A DNA stretch of 64,000 nt from Phoronis australis. Taxonomy: Eukaryota; Animalia; Phoronida. Both the position numbers and the translations under genes were made by a program. Shown in pieces: positions 1-14,023 of the stretch (within the stretch, counting starts at the first letter, position 1; each line of letters opens with the position of its first letter). The stretch spans positions 1 to 64,000 of the forward strand of contig NMRA01000573.1 of assembly GCA_002633005.1 (NCBI GenBank), given 5' to 3'. The notes below the pieces were generated by a model. That model was not told the origin of the DNA. It saw nothing but the letters and a program-made list of their open reading frames with translations, and did no database searches.

Positions 1-800
1 AAAAATCCTAAAAGGCACTTCCAATCTGCGCCCTTCTTCTGACACACGCATGCCCATTACTTCCGCTTTGCTTCACTGCTTGTTTGACGCCTGCCCTTCT
101 GCACTCGGCTCTTTTGCGGACTCTGTTCTCGCACGTGCTACGTTCTTCTTAGCCTTCCATGCCTTCCTGAGGGTCGGTGAATTCACAGTCACCTCCTCGC
201 TCTCCTCCCACGACATACAGGTCAGCGACGTCGTCTTCCCCCCCTCCCTCTGGCGATTCTGTGGTCATCGCCATGCGTACCTTCAAGCACAGCTCGGGAC
301 CAGTGTCACTTACAATTCCGTCCAGCCAATCTCCCCATTGCCCGCTAGCTGCCTTAACCTTGTACTTGTCTACTTTTCAGCCCTCTCCTGGCCCCTTGTT
401 CCAACACCTCAGTGGATCACCGGTTACCCGTTCCTGCTTCAACTCCATGTTAACTAAAGTGGTTTCCTTTGTAGGACTCGACACCAAGGCTTATACGTCT
501 CATAGCTTTCGCATTGGCGCCGCCACCTCTGCGTCCCTGAACCGGTGATCCAGCGCATGGGGCGCTGGAAATCTGACGCACTAAAAACTACATTCGCATG
601 TCTGCTTTTCCTCTTCCCCAGGCTTCTTGAACTCCTGGTGAGCCTGTTGTTGCAGCTCATCATAGCTTTCGCATTGGCGCCGCCACCTCTGCGGCCAGCC
701 GTGGCGTCCCTGAACCGGTGATCCAGCGCATGGGGTGCTGGAAATCTGACGCACTAAAAAACTACATTCGCATGTCTGCTTTTCCTCTTCCCCAGACTTC
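1..800 (+). pseudogene. Frameshifted C-terminal part of a tyrosine recombinase from a DIRS/Ngaro-type retrotransposon
   Basis: Motifs FFLAFHAFLRVGEFT (frame of ORF 50), YTSHSFRIGAAT (frame of ORF 177) and VIQRMG.WKSDALKNYIR (717-773) match the R...HxxR...W...Y catalytic signature. They are split across reading frames. Confidence 0.88.
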
Positions 801-831
801 TTGAACTCCTGGTGAGCCTGTTGTTGCAGCT
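501..831. repeat. Tandem duplication (~160-170 bp) of the recombinase C-terminus
   Basis: catagctttcgcattggcgccgccacc starts at both 501 and 661. Copy 2 keeps an internal segment (ggccagccgtggc) that copy 1 lacks. Confidence 0.9.
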
Positions 832-1212
832 CCCCACTTCTCTCACTTTGCTTTTCAGCCCCTCCCACCCCTCTGGGTCTGTGGTTTCAGCCCACTAGGT
901 CAGGACTGTTGTTGCAGCCGGCCTCCTCCCGTTTGCAGGTCTGTTGTTGCAGCCTGTGGCCCAAGGCCTGTAGTTGCAGGCTTCAATTTCTAGTCATTAG
1001 TTCTAGTTAACTTTACTTCCTTTTCGTTAAGTTCTTGTTTTTTATATTCTAGACTTATGTATTCTAATTTGCTGTTATCCTGTTTAGTACCTATATTTTA
1101 TCATAGTCTAACCTTGTTATTGCCCGGGTTCCGCTTCCTCGGATGGGCGATGTCAGCATTCCCGTGCTGCCATTATGGCGTTTTGTGCACGCCCATCTTG
1201 CAGAGTCTTAGT

Positions 1213-1434
1213 TAGTTTTATCTATTACGTCATAATAAATGACAATATTCGCAATCCTCCTCTTGTTTTACTCTGCAACATAGCTCGTGGCGTACCCCGG
1301 GCAAAATAGATTACGATAAATATAGAATAGTTTTATCTATTACGTCATAATAAATGACAATATTCCCAATCCTCCTCTTGTTTTACTCTGCAACATAGCT
1401 CGTAGCGTACCCCGGGCAAAATAGATTACGATAA
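1213..1434. repeat. 115-bp-period direct repeat at the probable end of the YR element
   Basis: tagttttatctattacgtcataataaatgac...gattacgataaa occurs at 1213 and 1328, nearly identical. Confidence 0.85.
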
Positions 1435-2650
1435 AGTTTAATATATAGCTGCTGAAATTGTAATTTTTAAACTTAAAGAGGTTTATCCCGCTTGACTATT
1501 TTCTTTGTATTTCCAATTCATCATTTAAAAAGTTTCAACGTTTTAAGTTGCGCATTCTCCTAAAAAACGAAGTGAATATGGAATAAACTGTCACATATAT
1601 TGAGCAGTGTAAGTCATTGTAACCAACAGCATTAGGCAATAAGAAGCTGAGAAACCCAGGGTACCAGAGTAAGAAATCCTTGGCAGATGGACAAAAAGTA
1701 ACGTTGAACTGATTTAGTCCAAGTTACAAAATATTTTATCTTAAATCTGATCAAACTTGTGTTTACATGTATGACATTCGTCAGAGTTGTTTCCGTAGTG
1801 TTTCCAGGGGTATGGAAAAATAATCAAATTGTTGAAGATTTTTTCAATCAAGTGTAGCTTAGAATCACGAAAATTGTTCTATTTAGTTTTAAAAAATTCA
1901 TGTCACGTTGAAAGGCTATCATTTGAGAATTAGTAATGATGGTCTGCGTTAGAATTCATTCTATACCAATTTTAGTGAAGATAAAGGCGATGTTACCTTT
2001 TGCTTGTCTGGGAGCAGTGTTTTACATTATTTTTGATCTGAAGTAATCAAACACGACATTTAAGATTAGCTGATTGGCACAAGCTACTGGGCGAACAGAT
2101 ACAACATAACGAAATCGAAATGGAAAGTGTTGCTTGCTTGACATTTCAAAAAGGAAACTTTAGATAATATTCACTGTACCGAGGTATCCTCTTTTTCAGC
2201 ATCACACTCGCAAAATAAAGCTTACCATGAGTGTTAAAGTGTTTTTGGCGCGATATCTTAAAAAGTGCAAGAATGTGGGAGTGACATTTGAATTTGGCAA
2301 CCTTGACCTCGTTTTCAAGGTCATAGCGAGAAATGCAGAAGTTTATTTTTAAAGTGAAAATTTCTCAATACTTTACAATTTTGGGAATATATTAATAAAT
2401 TGAATGCTCACTTTCGGATATGTTGGAAATTAAGTGTTGCAAAGACATTCATCTGGCTTATCTTTACAGAATAGCAGTACCCAATAAATTGAGTCTCGAT
2501 AATGCGTGGATCCCAAAAACAAAGGCTTGCATTTTTCTGGTCGCGTCTCTCCTAATCCCGGGCCCCTGTAGTTTTGCAACTGCGCCGATACCAATAATAT
2601 ATTTTTGTTTCGGCTTTGATTCTGTAATAATTGGGGAAGTCTGAGTTGGT

Positions 2651-2743
2651 GGGTACTCGGTATGGAGTGTATTGTGACCAGCCGGCTGTAGTGGCTGGGT
2701 ACTCAGTATGGAGTGTATTGTGACCAGGTGGCTGTAGTTGGTA
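2651..2743. repeat. Two-copy 46-bp tandem repeat
   Basis: gggtactc(g/a)gtatggagtgtattgtgaccag...gctgtagt occurs twice. Confidence 0.75.
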
Positions 2744-3480
2744 CATGTAGGTGCTCAATATTAAGTGTATTGAGACCATGCAGCTGTTAACACTGTAGGT
2801 ACTTAGAAGTAAATAAAAGAATATTCTCAATTTAGTACAATCGCTTCAACCGTGACATCTTGGACAACTTCCTTATGCCATTTGTCAACGAATGCAAGTG
2901 TTGTCATGCAATGAGGATGCGACCCACCTGTGGCGTGCTCACGATTTACAACCCAGATGTCATAAAAATTGTCTTGGCAGGGGCGCTAATTACGATTTCT
3001 TGAAACCTTGGATTGGTAAGATAAGTGTGTTGTGATACCTATGTCTATATTTAAATCGTTAGCGAAAGGTTGTTAAACACTTTAAAATTTGATAACGGTC
3101 TTTGCTGCTATTCTATTTTAACTCATGTTGAATTATTTATTATCGAATCGAGTTAGACGTTCCTCCGATAACATTTTTCATTCAGTATGAAAGATCCACG
3201 GGCAGGTTTCATAAGCCGGCTGTTCTCCCCTACTCGACCAGACGGTGACGCAGTCAATCATGAATATCATATCTGGCAAAATCCCTATTCTTCCCACCTT
3301 ATATGTTCACGAGTTAGAAATTGGTTCACGCATCCATTTCAGCATGACGTTGCTTACGGTGGGTAGGCCTATGTGAAGTGAAACTGGGGTTCTGGTTGCA
3401 CGTGTGGGCCAGCAGCTTCGATTTCGCGAGCCCTTTGAGGTACATGGTGAAATGGGTTGCAGCCGTGCCAACTGAATCTG

Positions 3481-4160
3481 AGACTGCGTGAAAATGGTGC
3501 TTCTACGAGAGGAAATAAGCATGACCTTATAGAAAGGTAAGTTTTTTAATTACCTTTAACAATTACTTCATGTTTATAATCGATTGTTAACTGAGGTACT
3601 GGCCGATGTTGACTTCGCGGCAGTCGCCAGCCGGGTTAATCATTATTTGTTGTGATGTTTGTTACGATACTTGACGTAGCACTCGGGATCTTTTCGGACG
3701 TCAAAGCAGCATTATTAATGTTTGGAATAATTTCTAACAGGTTTATTAGTGACAGTCACATCAATCAATGCTGAATGTTTATGCTGTTAACTCGACAGAT
3801 TACAATCCAAGCCCAAGGGTACGTGACAAATATCCATTAGATTATTTGTTTACACCCTATCCTACATGTCCCCCGGAAAATCTATTACACGTTGACATGG
3901 GAATATATCACGTGTTTTCAGCTAATCTTTGTTTTTTAGGTTTGAGGGCCAGTACAGTGCAGAGGAGATATGCATTGCTTCTGCAACCGTCCCTGAATGG
4001 ACAAAAACTGGTTTTAAGCAGTTGATTGCAGCTAACCAGCAAGATAATCCAATTCAGTGCAGATCTGTTGTCAAAGCCTACTTTGTATATCTGAGACAAC
4101 GAACAAACTTTGTATATCTGAGACAACGAACAGAGCCTTTAAAAAGTGACAGCTATTTTA
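3481..4160 (+). pseudogene. Spliced remnant with a SAP-like motif, probably a transposon accessory gene
   Basis: RLRENGASTRGNKHDLIER ends at AG|gtaag (3536/3537). Acceptor ttttttag|G at 3940 continues in phase (FEGQY...W.K.GFKQL...VKAYFVYLRQ). There is an internal ~27-bp duplication at 4080-4132. Confidence 0.45.
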
Positions 4161-5414
4161 AAAGAAAGGTGTATAAGTTGTTTTGTTAATTTACTTAGTC
4201 AGGTCCTAAGCGGGAGGTTGGTATAGTGGGTTGGGGTTGTAAAATTTGGTGCAACTGAATGTGTGGAAATAACAGGTAATAGTGTCGGGAGAAAGAGCAT
4301 GGTGAGGAAATTCATTAAGTTCTTCCAAGTTTCAAGAAACTGTTTTGCTATCCAAGTAGATCCATAAAAATGTATTGCATTTTCTGAATTTCCAATGATT
4401 GAACAGTCTTAACTCATGCCTTGAAATGTTGCAAGTCGTTTATAAATTCATATGACTGTCATTTTTTGTAAAAATTGAATTTTTGCTGTCAACATAGGAG
4501 TGAGCTCGTATTTGAACATATTCTAACTGCCAATACGCAAGCAATGGTGCCTTACGATTTCTAATTACTCCTAAAACAGAAATGTATTTATCACTTTTTA
4601 AATGACCCCAAGTCTTCATATCTTCTATTGGAAGAAAAATAAAAAATCCGACAAAGGGTTCCCTCAGTCTTAGACCAGAAGTGTGCTTGACAGACCCATG
4701 AATCAGTTCTTAAAACTGCTGAAAGTATGAAAAATCAAACGGCTTCAAAACGGGTAACAAAGGTTTGAAGTTGTCTCAAATGACTTCCATACTTTGCAGA
4801 CAAGTGATGCGTTTAAAGAATTGTTATGGCTCCGAATAAAAAATAAATACGCAGTTTTATACAATACTTATTAAAAACAGCCTTGCTTCCTGAAAATATA
4901 AATTATTTAATTTTGTGTGAAATTGTAGCAGAGTTACCATATCGTATTTTTGAAATCGGGCAACAACCTGAAGTACTTAATTATTCAAGTTTCAATATTT
5001 GTTCCAGGTTCAGTGACATATTTAGGGCCACTTCTAACCTGGTTCCCGGGCCTCACAAGCTGACGTCACGGATTGCTTGTGAAGGCCCAGGTACAGGGCA
5101 CTAGAACGATGATTTTCATTGACTGTCAGCTGGCAATTTTTAACCAGGAAGTTTGCTCTGCGCATGCTGACATCCGGTCTTACGTTATCAGATCGCTAGG
5201 TGTCGCGAGAGTAAAAGTTATTTTTGGGTTGCGTTTGCGGTCGAACTCTCTGGTGAGGTAGTTGTTTATATTGTTATTTTATCAACAAACTGAGCTGAAA
5301 TTATCGATTCCTTATTATGAAAATAAATCTGAATTAACAATGGCTTCACTCTTTTCACTTGGCTTTTTCAGTTTCAGTATTTGAACGCTTTATATGAATT
5401 GAAAACGTCTCTTG

Positions 5415-5578
5415 CAGGGGCGGATCCAGGATTTTGAGTTCGAGGGAGAGGGCAGCGGCAAGGGCAGAATATTTTGACTGTCATACATTCACACCCCCAA
5501 ACTGTCAAATGGAATCTGGGAGAATTTTAGGCAGGGCCATGGCCTCCTTGCTGCCCCCCCCCCCTTAATCGGTCACTG
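5415..5578. mobile_element. Short hAT-like MITE
   Basis: Starts CAGGGGCGGATCCAGG and ends ...cccccccttaatcggtcactg, a degenerate inverted end. The TSD is not clear. Confidence 0.4.
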
Positions 5579-8500
5579 TACAGTGTTATAGTAGACACAG
5601 TATTCACTCCCTAGAACACCACAATTTTCGACCCTTGAGGTAGCCACAATTCTCGAGCTACACCCCTCCCCATGTTGCCATAATTTTTTCTTCCCATTTC
5701 CCTCTTTGAGGTGGTACCTCGCACAACTTGAGGGTCCTAAGCCATCAGAGCATTAAATTTCTCCTTTAAGGTGAGTTTAACCGGCGTGACTTTCAAACTT
5801 AGTGGAGAGTGATTGGCCATAATGACCAAAAGTTCGAGCATGCACTGAAAACAATTACTTCCAAGGGCATCCAGAACACCTCGGGTGTTTTCGTAACCTC
5901 AAATTTCACCTAATAGGTGAACGCTTCCTGCATGTGTGCGGACTTCATTTAGCCTATTATTCTCAAGACTGAAAATCACGTGACTTGCCATATTGTGGAT
6001 AACGTTCATCTTCATTTTAGGCTATGAAAATATTTTCGTTGCCCGAAGTGTTTCGAAGAAAAAATTGTAAGTAGGAGAATAGCCGACGTGCTCTAGATGT
6101 TCCGAGGGTAAATTTGTAGCAATGAAAATACCCAAGAGGTGTCCCAAATGGGCCCTAATCTTTAGTTTTATGCATAATCTGGTACTAGAAGAATCTCCAC
6201 CCATTTAAACAGTGACTAAAACATTATATTTCTTGCCCGAGGTTTTTAGTTCAATAATAATGTAGCCTAATGTTCCAAATGCATAATCTTTTCATAAGGG
6301 TTAATGCTAACAACTGAATCTTTTCATAGTAATTCTTGAACAGCTGTCTTTTTCACCCAAAAATTGAAGAATTCGGATCAGAGATTCCTGTTTTCAAAAA
6401 TGAGTCTGGGGCAAAGTTCTAAAAATACAGGTACATGTATCATGATATTAAAACCCCTTCTGCAGTAGGAAAAAGGTACCATTTGCAGTGTTTTTAACTT
6501 CCAGAGTGAAACCCGTTGTATTCATGGGAAAAAGTTTGCTTTGGTAGGGATTTTTTCAAGCACCATTTTGAAGAGAAATTGTTCGAGAAAAATCACCCAG
6601 CTAGGTGTCATGTCCGGTATAAACCTGTGGGAGTATCTCCTGGAATGGTTTTAGGAGGGTACTCTGAAAGTCCAAGGATGGTGATATGAACCCTATCCCT
6701 ATATGCCTAACGATGTGGGTTGAACATCATGGAAAGTACAAGCGCAATTGTTGATTTCAGAATGCGCTTATCAGATGGTGTCTTCTGGCTTCCAGATTTC
6801 ATTCGAATTAAATTCCTTAAAGTTGCTTTGAATGCGTCTTGTGCGAAAAAGAATAAATTTTGATCTGAACAACTTACCACATATATACAGGAATTGGAAT
6901 GACTAAAAGAAGAAAATTTTCCAGGCGATCTATCGTTTCACAAACAGGCTTGTGAGATAGAAATATCTTTGTGTTGTAAAATTTTACTGAAATAAATGCT
7001 TTTTGCATGAATCAAGTCAAAATAATGATAAAAAGAAGCTGGAAATCAAATAAGAGGAAATAAAAACAAAAAATAGGAAATCCTCTTAAAAGAGAAAAAT
7101 TCCAAGCCCTGTCTCAACTTGTTCCTTAGTGGACTTGGAAGAAATTAAACTTTGTTAGTGCTCAAAGCCATGGTTATTACACCAGGTCTTAAGCAATAAC
7201 AAACTATCAGTTCAAGGTAAGCCAATATGCCACATGTAATCTCAGTAAGGAACAGTGCGAGTTCAAGAGACTAACCAGGAGCACACACGTGAAGATTGAC
7301 TCCGGACACTAGTATCCAAATCCAACTGCTGGACATGCCAACCTTCATGCGAGCAATAGCGATTAGATTTACTCGCTACTATTTTGGCCAAAAGCAACAT
7401 TGTTAGTACGAGACCAATCTTATATTGTTTCATGGTGGTTCTAAAAAGAGGTTGGATTAATAGCAGCTTGAAAAATGGTACGCTTTATGTATAAGGAACT
7501 TTAAAAGGGGTACATTTTTTCAATACAGTTTATTACAGATGTTTTCTTATTCTCCACCATGTATTTAAATGCTTTTTGGGCTAAACAGATTCTAGCCCAG
7601 TCTTGTATGGATTGATTTAAAACCCTGAAAAGGGATTATGTGATCATATTTGAGAATACACCTCTTGAGTGAAGCTTTCAATCCAAATGAACTCTAAATT
7701 GTTTTTGTCACTTCCAGTCCACTTTCTGGCGAGATCAAGATAGTACTTAATGACCACTAAATTCAAGCTAAAATCTGAGTAAAAACTTAAGATTTCTAGT
7801 AAAACCTTGAACTGAGACTTGAACTTTTAGCTGTAATACTGGGATCATTAATTGCTATCAATAAGCATTCAAATATAAAGAAACTTATCTCGAGTTCAAA
7901 CAAAAATAGAATAGAAAATAACAAAAAATCTTGAGTAAAAAGTTGAAACCCTGTACCCAGGTGTTACTTTCATAATAGTCTATGCTTTTACAAGGCAGTG
8001 AATGTGCAACTTGAGTGGAAGTCGGGTCATTAATAACCTATTTCCCCAGAACCACTGGTGTAGTCAGAATTTTTCAACAGAGGTTGCCAAACTTGAAATT
8101 GTTGGCAACCAATGATTGTGACTGTAATGAGAGGCAACCTGGAGGCACTGCATGAACAGGGGACAGGGACAGAGGAGCTAGGCAAGCACAAAACTGAAAA
8201 GAGTTTCTATCAGGGATGTTGTGCGCCCTAAGGCTATGTTAATTGCCAGACTTGGTACTTCAGTCTATCCTTAAACTAGACCATATTTCTAATCAACACA
8301 TCCGAAAAATAAAGTTCCCATTGTTAGACAAATTTCTTAGCATGTTGTGTGTTTTTTAGCTTATGAGTATAATATTTCTAGGAACACATTAATGATGACA
8401 CAGTTTTTAATTTTGAGTCAACTGCCCAACTCTTGCCACGAGGAGGCCCCCTCAATAAGAGTCAAATTTGTAATTTTGAAAAACTTTTCGAAAAGACCGA

Positions 8501-11316
8501 AATGTTGACTAAAATCACTGCTGTATTATGTAGATCATAACCACAAGAATGAAACACTAGCATGTTGCGCAAAACACTGAGCAAAGCATAATGGCAATAG
8601 GCACATAGAGAGGACTCCTACTTTGAGAAACAGTGTTTTCTACTGCATAACAAGAACCAAACCAGTTTTTCACTGAATAGCAGGCGTTAAAACTTGTTCT
8701 CAAAATGCGGATTGCCAGTGACTATTGCCTGGATAACAATCCAACCCATCTAACACACAAGAAACCGTCGATTTGGGTTAAGTGACCCAACTTAAAATCA
8801 GGTTTTTAAAGTTCGCTTGCTTACATAGTCTAACTCCAGGATGCTTTAGTTACAGCGAACCATTACATAGTAGTTTCTGAATGTTTTAGAATGGTTCTGG
8901 TTTTGCAATTAGACTGAAATTAATAGCTGATTATTGCAACATGCAACACTTGACATCATGTGAACGTGGAAAGCAAAAAAATGAAACAGTTAAGGAGAGA
9001 GAGGACACTTGCATAGATTGCATATGACCAAATGTGCGCCTCTGACCAGTGTCTCAGGCATTGCAAAAGTCGCCATGAAAGGGCGAATTTCCAAATAAAT
9101 TCCACACAAAAATATTTACTTTAAAAAAATACAGTCCAGCTTGTTGCTGAAATTCAATTCCCTGTAAATAATAACTTTGCATAATTATGTTATCAGAAAA
9201 TTTGACTATTCCATTGAGGCTCTAACCAAAATGGACCAGTTTTAATGACTGTGGCAACTCACAAAAGGGTGAGGTTTTATCTTGCTGATTATACTAAAGA
9301 GTGGGTATAATCCTAATTTCACAGCAACAAACACCCTCTTAAATAATTGAACACTTCGTACGACTGTATGATGGCAGTCATTGCTGAATGGCATCGCCAA
9401 AAGCGATAATGTCAGTCATTATAAAACTATTGCTAGACTACTAAATGTTTGTGTGTTTAGGATCATTTACTGCATTTTATGCTCCTAACTTCTGTTAGTA
9501 GTGACAAGTGTGCCAGACTACTATGCAATGACAATGAATAATAGCAGAATTTCAGCATATATCCTTACCTGACCCACCAGTTCAACCTTCACGGTATTCT
9601 CGGGAGCTTATATAACGTACGTGAACATGTCAACATACGAGAGGGTGTGCTCTGAAAAGATAGAGACACTCTCCAGTGGCCGCGACGCACTCAGCTACTC
9701 CTTTCCCACTATTCGGTGCTATAGTGTGCCTAAATTAAAAAGGACTGTTGTCGTGTTGAGTGTTGTTGTGGGTGGCCTTTCTTCCACAAATTATTTCGTA
9801 AAAAGTCACATCACTTCAGAATCCAGCATAGTATACAAGACAATTATCATACAATCTTTCGTATACGTTACTGGTGATGTATTCCTTGACTCGTTAGCTT
9901 TGAAATGCGGGAGTTTGATGAAAACAGAGAGATTTAAACGGCGGAAAATCCATAGACATTCTTTTACTGGAAGTCGCCATGTTGGTGAACTAGTTTGACC
10001 TATTATACAACTGACCAATAGAATGCCTTGTTACTTGAAATCGGAACAGCCAATGATATTCCAAGAATGCGGATGGAAAAGTGCCCTGTAGCAGACCCCA
10101 ACCAAGCTCGTGGGTCTGTGTAGGAGACTAGGGCCACTTCAAGTCGCAGCAAAGACAAATTTTGTTACTACGTTTTCGTCCCACAGCATGTCCACACACC
10201 AGCAGTGCTGCATGGCACAATGTACAAGCCAGCGGCCCTGGAGAAATGTGAATCGCAGTACTAATTCACCATACAAAAATGTGCCAGTGGATTGTTTGTG
10301 TGTGGAGAGGAACCATATCTGGCTGCACACCAGCCAGCCTCGATGGTGAGGATGCCCTTTCATAGGCAAAGGCATGTGTGCAGACAATGGTTTAACTTTC
10401 CTGGAAGAAACAGGAGAGAGTGAAGCTAAAGAAGACCTAGTAACACTCTGTTTTAGTTCAGGGTCAGATTTTAGGCAGAAAGCGAGTCAGGTGATATGCT
10501 ATTGTGTTAACCTTCAAGAAGCTAATTGTGGATGTTATTGAGGCTGAATGATGTCACAAGAAGGAAAGCCACGTGCCGAAACTGGACCTTTTACCAGCGG
10601 TGCTATAGGCCATAGAAACTAGATCCCTTGAAATGAAAACCAAAAGCATCTGGTATAAATAACTGCCTTTCTCACTGAGTGACATTAACTTTAATTCCTT
10701 TCAGAAGCAAGGCTTCATATGGCAACAACTTTTCAATTTGGTACACGTTATGCGGAAATAACATTCAGTGACTGCATCGATCGTCTTATTGTAAGTAAAA
10801 AAGTTCTTTAATGTTACACTTTGACGATCTAATCACTTTTTCATCAACAGACAAGTTTCTCACGTATTATTCAAACCAGTTTTTAAGTCCCATACAAAAC
10901 AGTTGTTCTGCTTCTTTACAAAGCTGAATGGTCATTTTCCTGTTGACCTATAGAAATGTCCGGCAATCAAAACGAAGTATTCTATTTGTTTGCAGTTGAT
11001 TTGTTTATGTCTGTAACTATTTTTAGAGCTTTCTTGAGAAGGACATTGAGCAGTTTAAGTTTTGTGTTAACTTGTCTATAACAAAAATTCCACATGCAAG
11101 CAAAATATGTTTTAATCGTAGCTAGCTGGATAAGAATCTGCTAAACACAAGATTCGAGAGTAAATAATAATCAGTATATTTAAAGACAATATGGCAAACT
11201 GAACAACCACATAAAAACAAAGAACATCATGGTTAAAAACAATTGTAATTTCCCCTATCAGAGTCGATAATCAGTGATATCAAGCCAGGCTGACTTTCTG
11301 AATTGAGAGGTTCAAT

Positions 11317-14023
11317 CAAGGAGTGTAGTAGTATAGGAGAGTTCACTTGTGAGTTCGCTGTTACCGCTACTACTAGCGCCGCCAAGTGGTGAACAAGCTA
11401 CGGTCAACCAGGAAGCGCCAAAACAATGGGGACGGACGCATTTTGCAGTGCGATAAATTGCATGAATTGATCCACGAAAACCCCAGACGTGTCATTTTGT
11501 AGGTTTCCTAAGGATCCAGAAAGGTAAGGATTGCCTGTTATTCAATAATATGATACATTGTCTTTCATTTTGTGTGTTCTGTTCACGGTTGTTAGACAAG
11601 TCGATCGCAGTCCCGGTGCCCGGCACTGTCTGTTGTCTGCAGTGTAGGCTAGACCTACTGGGCTGCCGGCGGAAGGACTATGATTAACGTACGATGTGAT
11701 CGTCAGCTTTTTGGATACTTGTAGTCCATGTATTCCAAATCAAAATGTCACTCTAACGATCGCAGGGATAATTTTAGGAAAACATTCCCATGGCCATGGG
11801 TGAATATGAATCGTGGTGACACGGCCATGGCACAATCACAGCCACAGGCCACAGGGCCTTTTAAGTCTTTCATTAGTCAAGTCAGAGAATCTGTGGGTCT
11901 CGGTGAAAAGTTGTGCAGCCCTTAAAATATCCGTGGATCGACATTTGAGTCCTAGTTTTTTTTGTTGACACCAAGACGCTTTTGTCTCTATCACAATCAC
12001 AGTACGACAGGACTTCTGTAGTGTAGTTTAGTGTAGGCTACCAGTCTCTGTGAACCTGGTGAGTATGAGGTTTGTTCCTGAGTCTCTCATTGATTTCTGT
12101 TCAGGTGCAAGCACTGGGAGCCGACCTTATGAATAGAGTGCATCCTACTTGTCCAAGAACTGCAACTTATGCTCTCATCACTTCGAGGAGTCCATGTTGA
12201 TGAATGAAGAACAAGCTGGTATTGAATGCAGTGCCCGAGCAGTATTTGATGTCCCCAGTCCACCAAAAATGAAGACGTCAAAAAGTTCTACGGAAATTAT
12301 GTTACAGCTGTGGAATAGGCTTTTTGCATTTCTGATTATCGTCTCACAAAGCAAGTACTGGAACATCACGTGTAGAAAGGACAATTAGTCAAAATCTGGT
12401 TTTCGTATTTTACTAAGGTTGATCAGATTGAAACATTTTATGAATGGTTAGCCTGTGATTTGAAGAGAGCCAAAGTGAAACTGATGGGTCTTTTAGAGTC
12501 TGAATGGTGGGCTGACATTTTGTTAAACCCAAGCTATCCATATCATTTTGCTTCTCAATGACACTGAAACACCTCTGTGAGTAAATTAGTTATCAGCTTC
12601 AACGCATTTCGTTGGCAAAAAGAGCTGTTGTTTTCTAGTGAATAGAGAGTGAGAAGGTTGGTTAGATTTTCTTGTTGTATTGGTGTATGTGTTGCCTATT
12701 TTGTACGTTTTTGGAGATTGTGATTAATTTAAGCTCCAGTTGTGGCTAAGTAACAAATATGATCTTGTGGTCTAGCTTTAGCTTACCTGAAATATTTACT
12801 GTTATTGATAATATGAACAGTGGGTATAGAAAATAAAAATTTTAGTTTTATCATCCATTAAAAGTCTTTTTAATTCAGTTTTGTATGAAGTTGTGTGGCT
12901 AGTGAATATTTTGATTGCTGTTCAGCACCTCTTAACTTTTTTGTCATGACATTTTGAGCTTGGACTGGTTATGGTGGGGATATACTCAATGTGGGGGGGG
13001 CTCGAATTCCCGACGATGTAGACCTTTTGCTAACAAGTGAGTGGGCGGACTAAAAAAAAAAAAAAGGGGGACCACCACTGTGAATTGCGCGTTTCCGTTT
13101 CTTTAGTGGACTTTTGTCCCATTTTCTCGGACTTTTTGTCTCGTTCAAGCCCCCCGAGCCCCCTGGGTGCGCGCGTGGGAGAGTGCAATCGAGTTTACCC
13201 TATGCTGGAATGTCCAAGAAATAATGGGATGTTCTAAAATTATATTACGATTTTGTGGTAGTGATGAATTGCTTTCTTCTTCTTACATGTGTAACACCCA
13301 CTACACCAAACAATTATTCACATTGTTAGTATCCTGGTGCATTGAATAAGGAACACATGCGAAATTGGGTGGAGGTGAAACCAGCAGTGAGCTGGGAGCA
13401 ACATGTTTGTCAATGGTCAGGGGAGCAACCAAAATTTATGACAATGGGAATGGCTCAACACCCATGTGGCATACCCCATTGGTTTTTACCTGTTTAGCAC
13501 TCCTCCCATGTAACCCCCCTGGGAGATGGTCAACACCCATTTGGCGCCCACATGGTTTTTGCCTTGTACCCCCTTAGCTGTCACCTGTGGGAAATTACCC
13601 TCTGAACCCCCAGGAGCAATCATTCAAATTTTATTGTCCATGGAGGTATGAACTGTTATAAGGAAAGATAATTTGCCTTGTTAAGAACTCAAACATGAAA
13701 CAAAACCGTGATAGATTTTGAAGGGAGCTTCAAAAGAATAAAAACAAATACACTTTAATATTGATTAAAATACACATTTTCATTCTCATTCGATTATAAG
13801 TGGATGTTAGTTTACGTATTCTAACCATTTTCAATCACACAGTAATTTTATTGCACGTTGAACGTCATTAAAGTATGAATTCATCAGTGTTTACATTGTT
13901 CGGACTGCGCTCCTAAGTAAGTATTGATTATTCACCGCTTGGAGCGCTAGTGTTTCGACCGGTAACCATTGCGGCGAATGGTAAAATGGCGGAGTGAACT
14001 CTCCTATACTCGTACACTCCTTG
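11317..14023 (+). mobile_element. Non-autonomous P-superfamily-like DNA transposon carrying a THAP remnant
   Basis: ~30-bp TIRs: CAAGGAGTGTAGTAGTATAGGAGAGTTCAC and GTGAACTCTCCTATACTCGTACACTCCTTG. Perfect 7-bp TSD GTTCAAT at 11310-11316 and 14024-14030. Confidence 0.88.
11426..12270 (+). pseudogene. Two-exon THAP zinc-finger pseudogene (transposase N-terminus)
   Basis: Exon 11426-11523 reads MGTDAFCSAINC.N*STKTPDVSFCRFPKDPER, then a GT-AG intron. The exon from 12105 reads CKHW...KNCNLCSHHFEESM...AVFDVPSPP. This is the C2CH THAP signature with a stop and frameshifts. Confidence 0.85.

Noticed and set aside
10705-10790. Exon-like segment with good AG/GT sites and an open frame (ARLHMATTFQFGTRYAEITFSDCIDRLI)
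   Set aside because: No recognisable homology and no partner exons I could link, so it is unsupported without RNA data.
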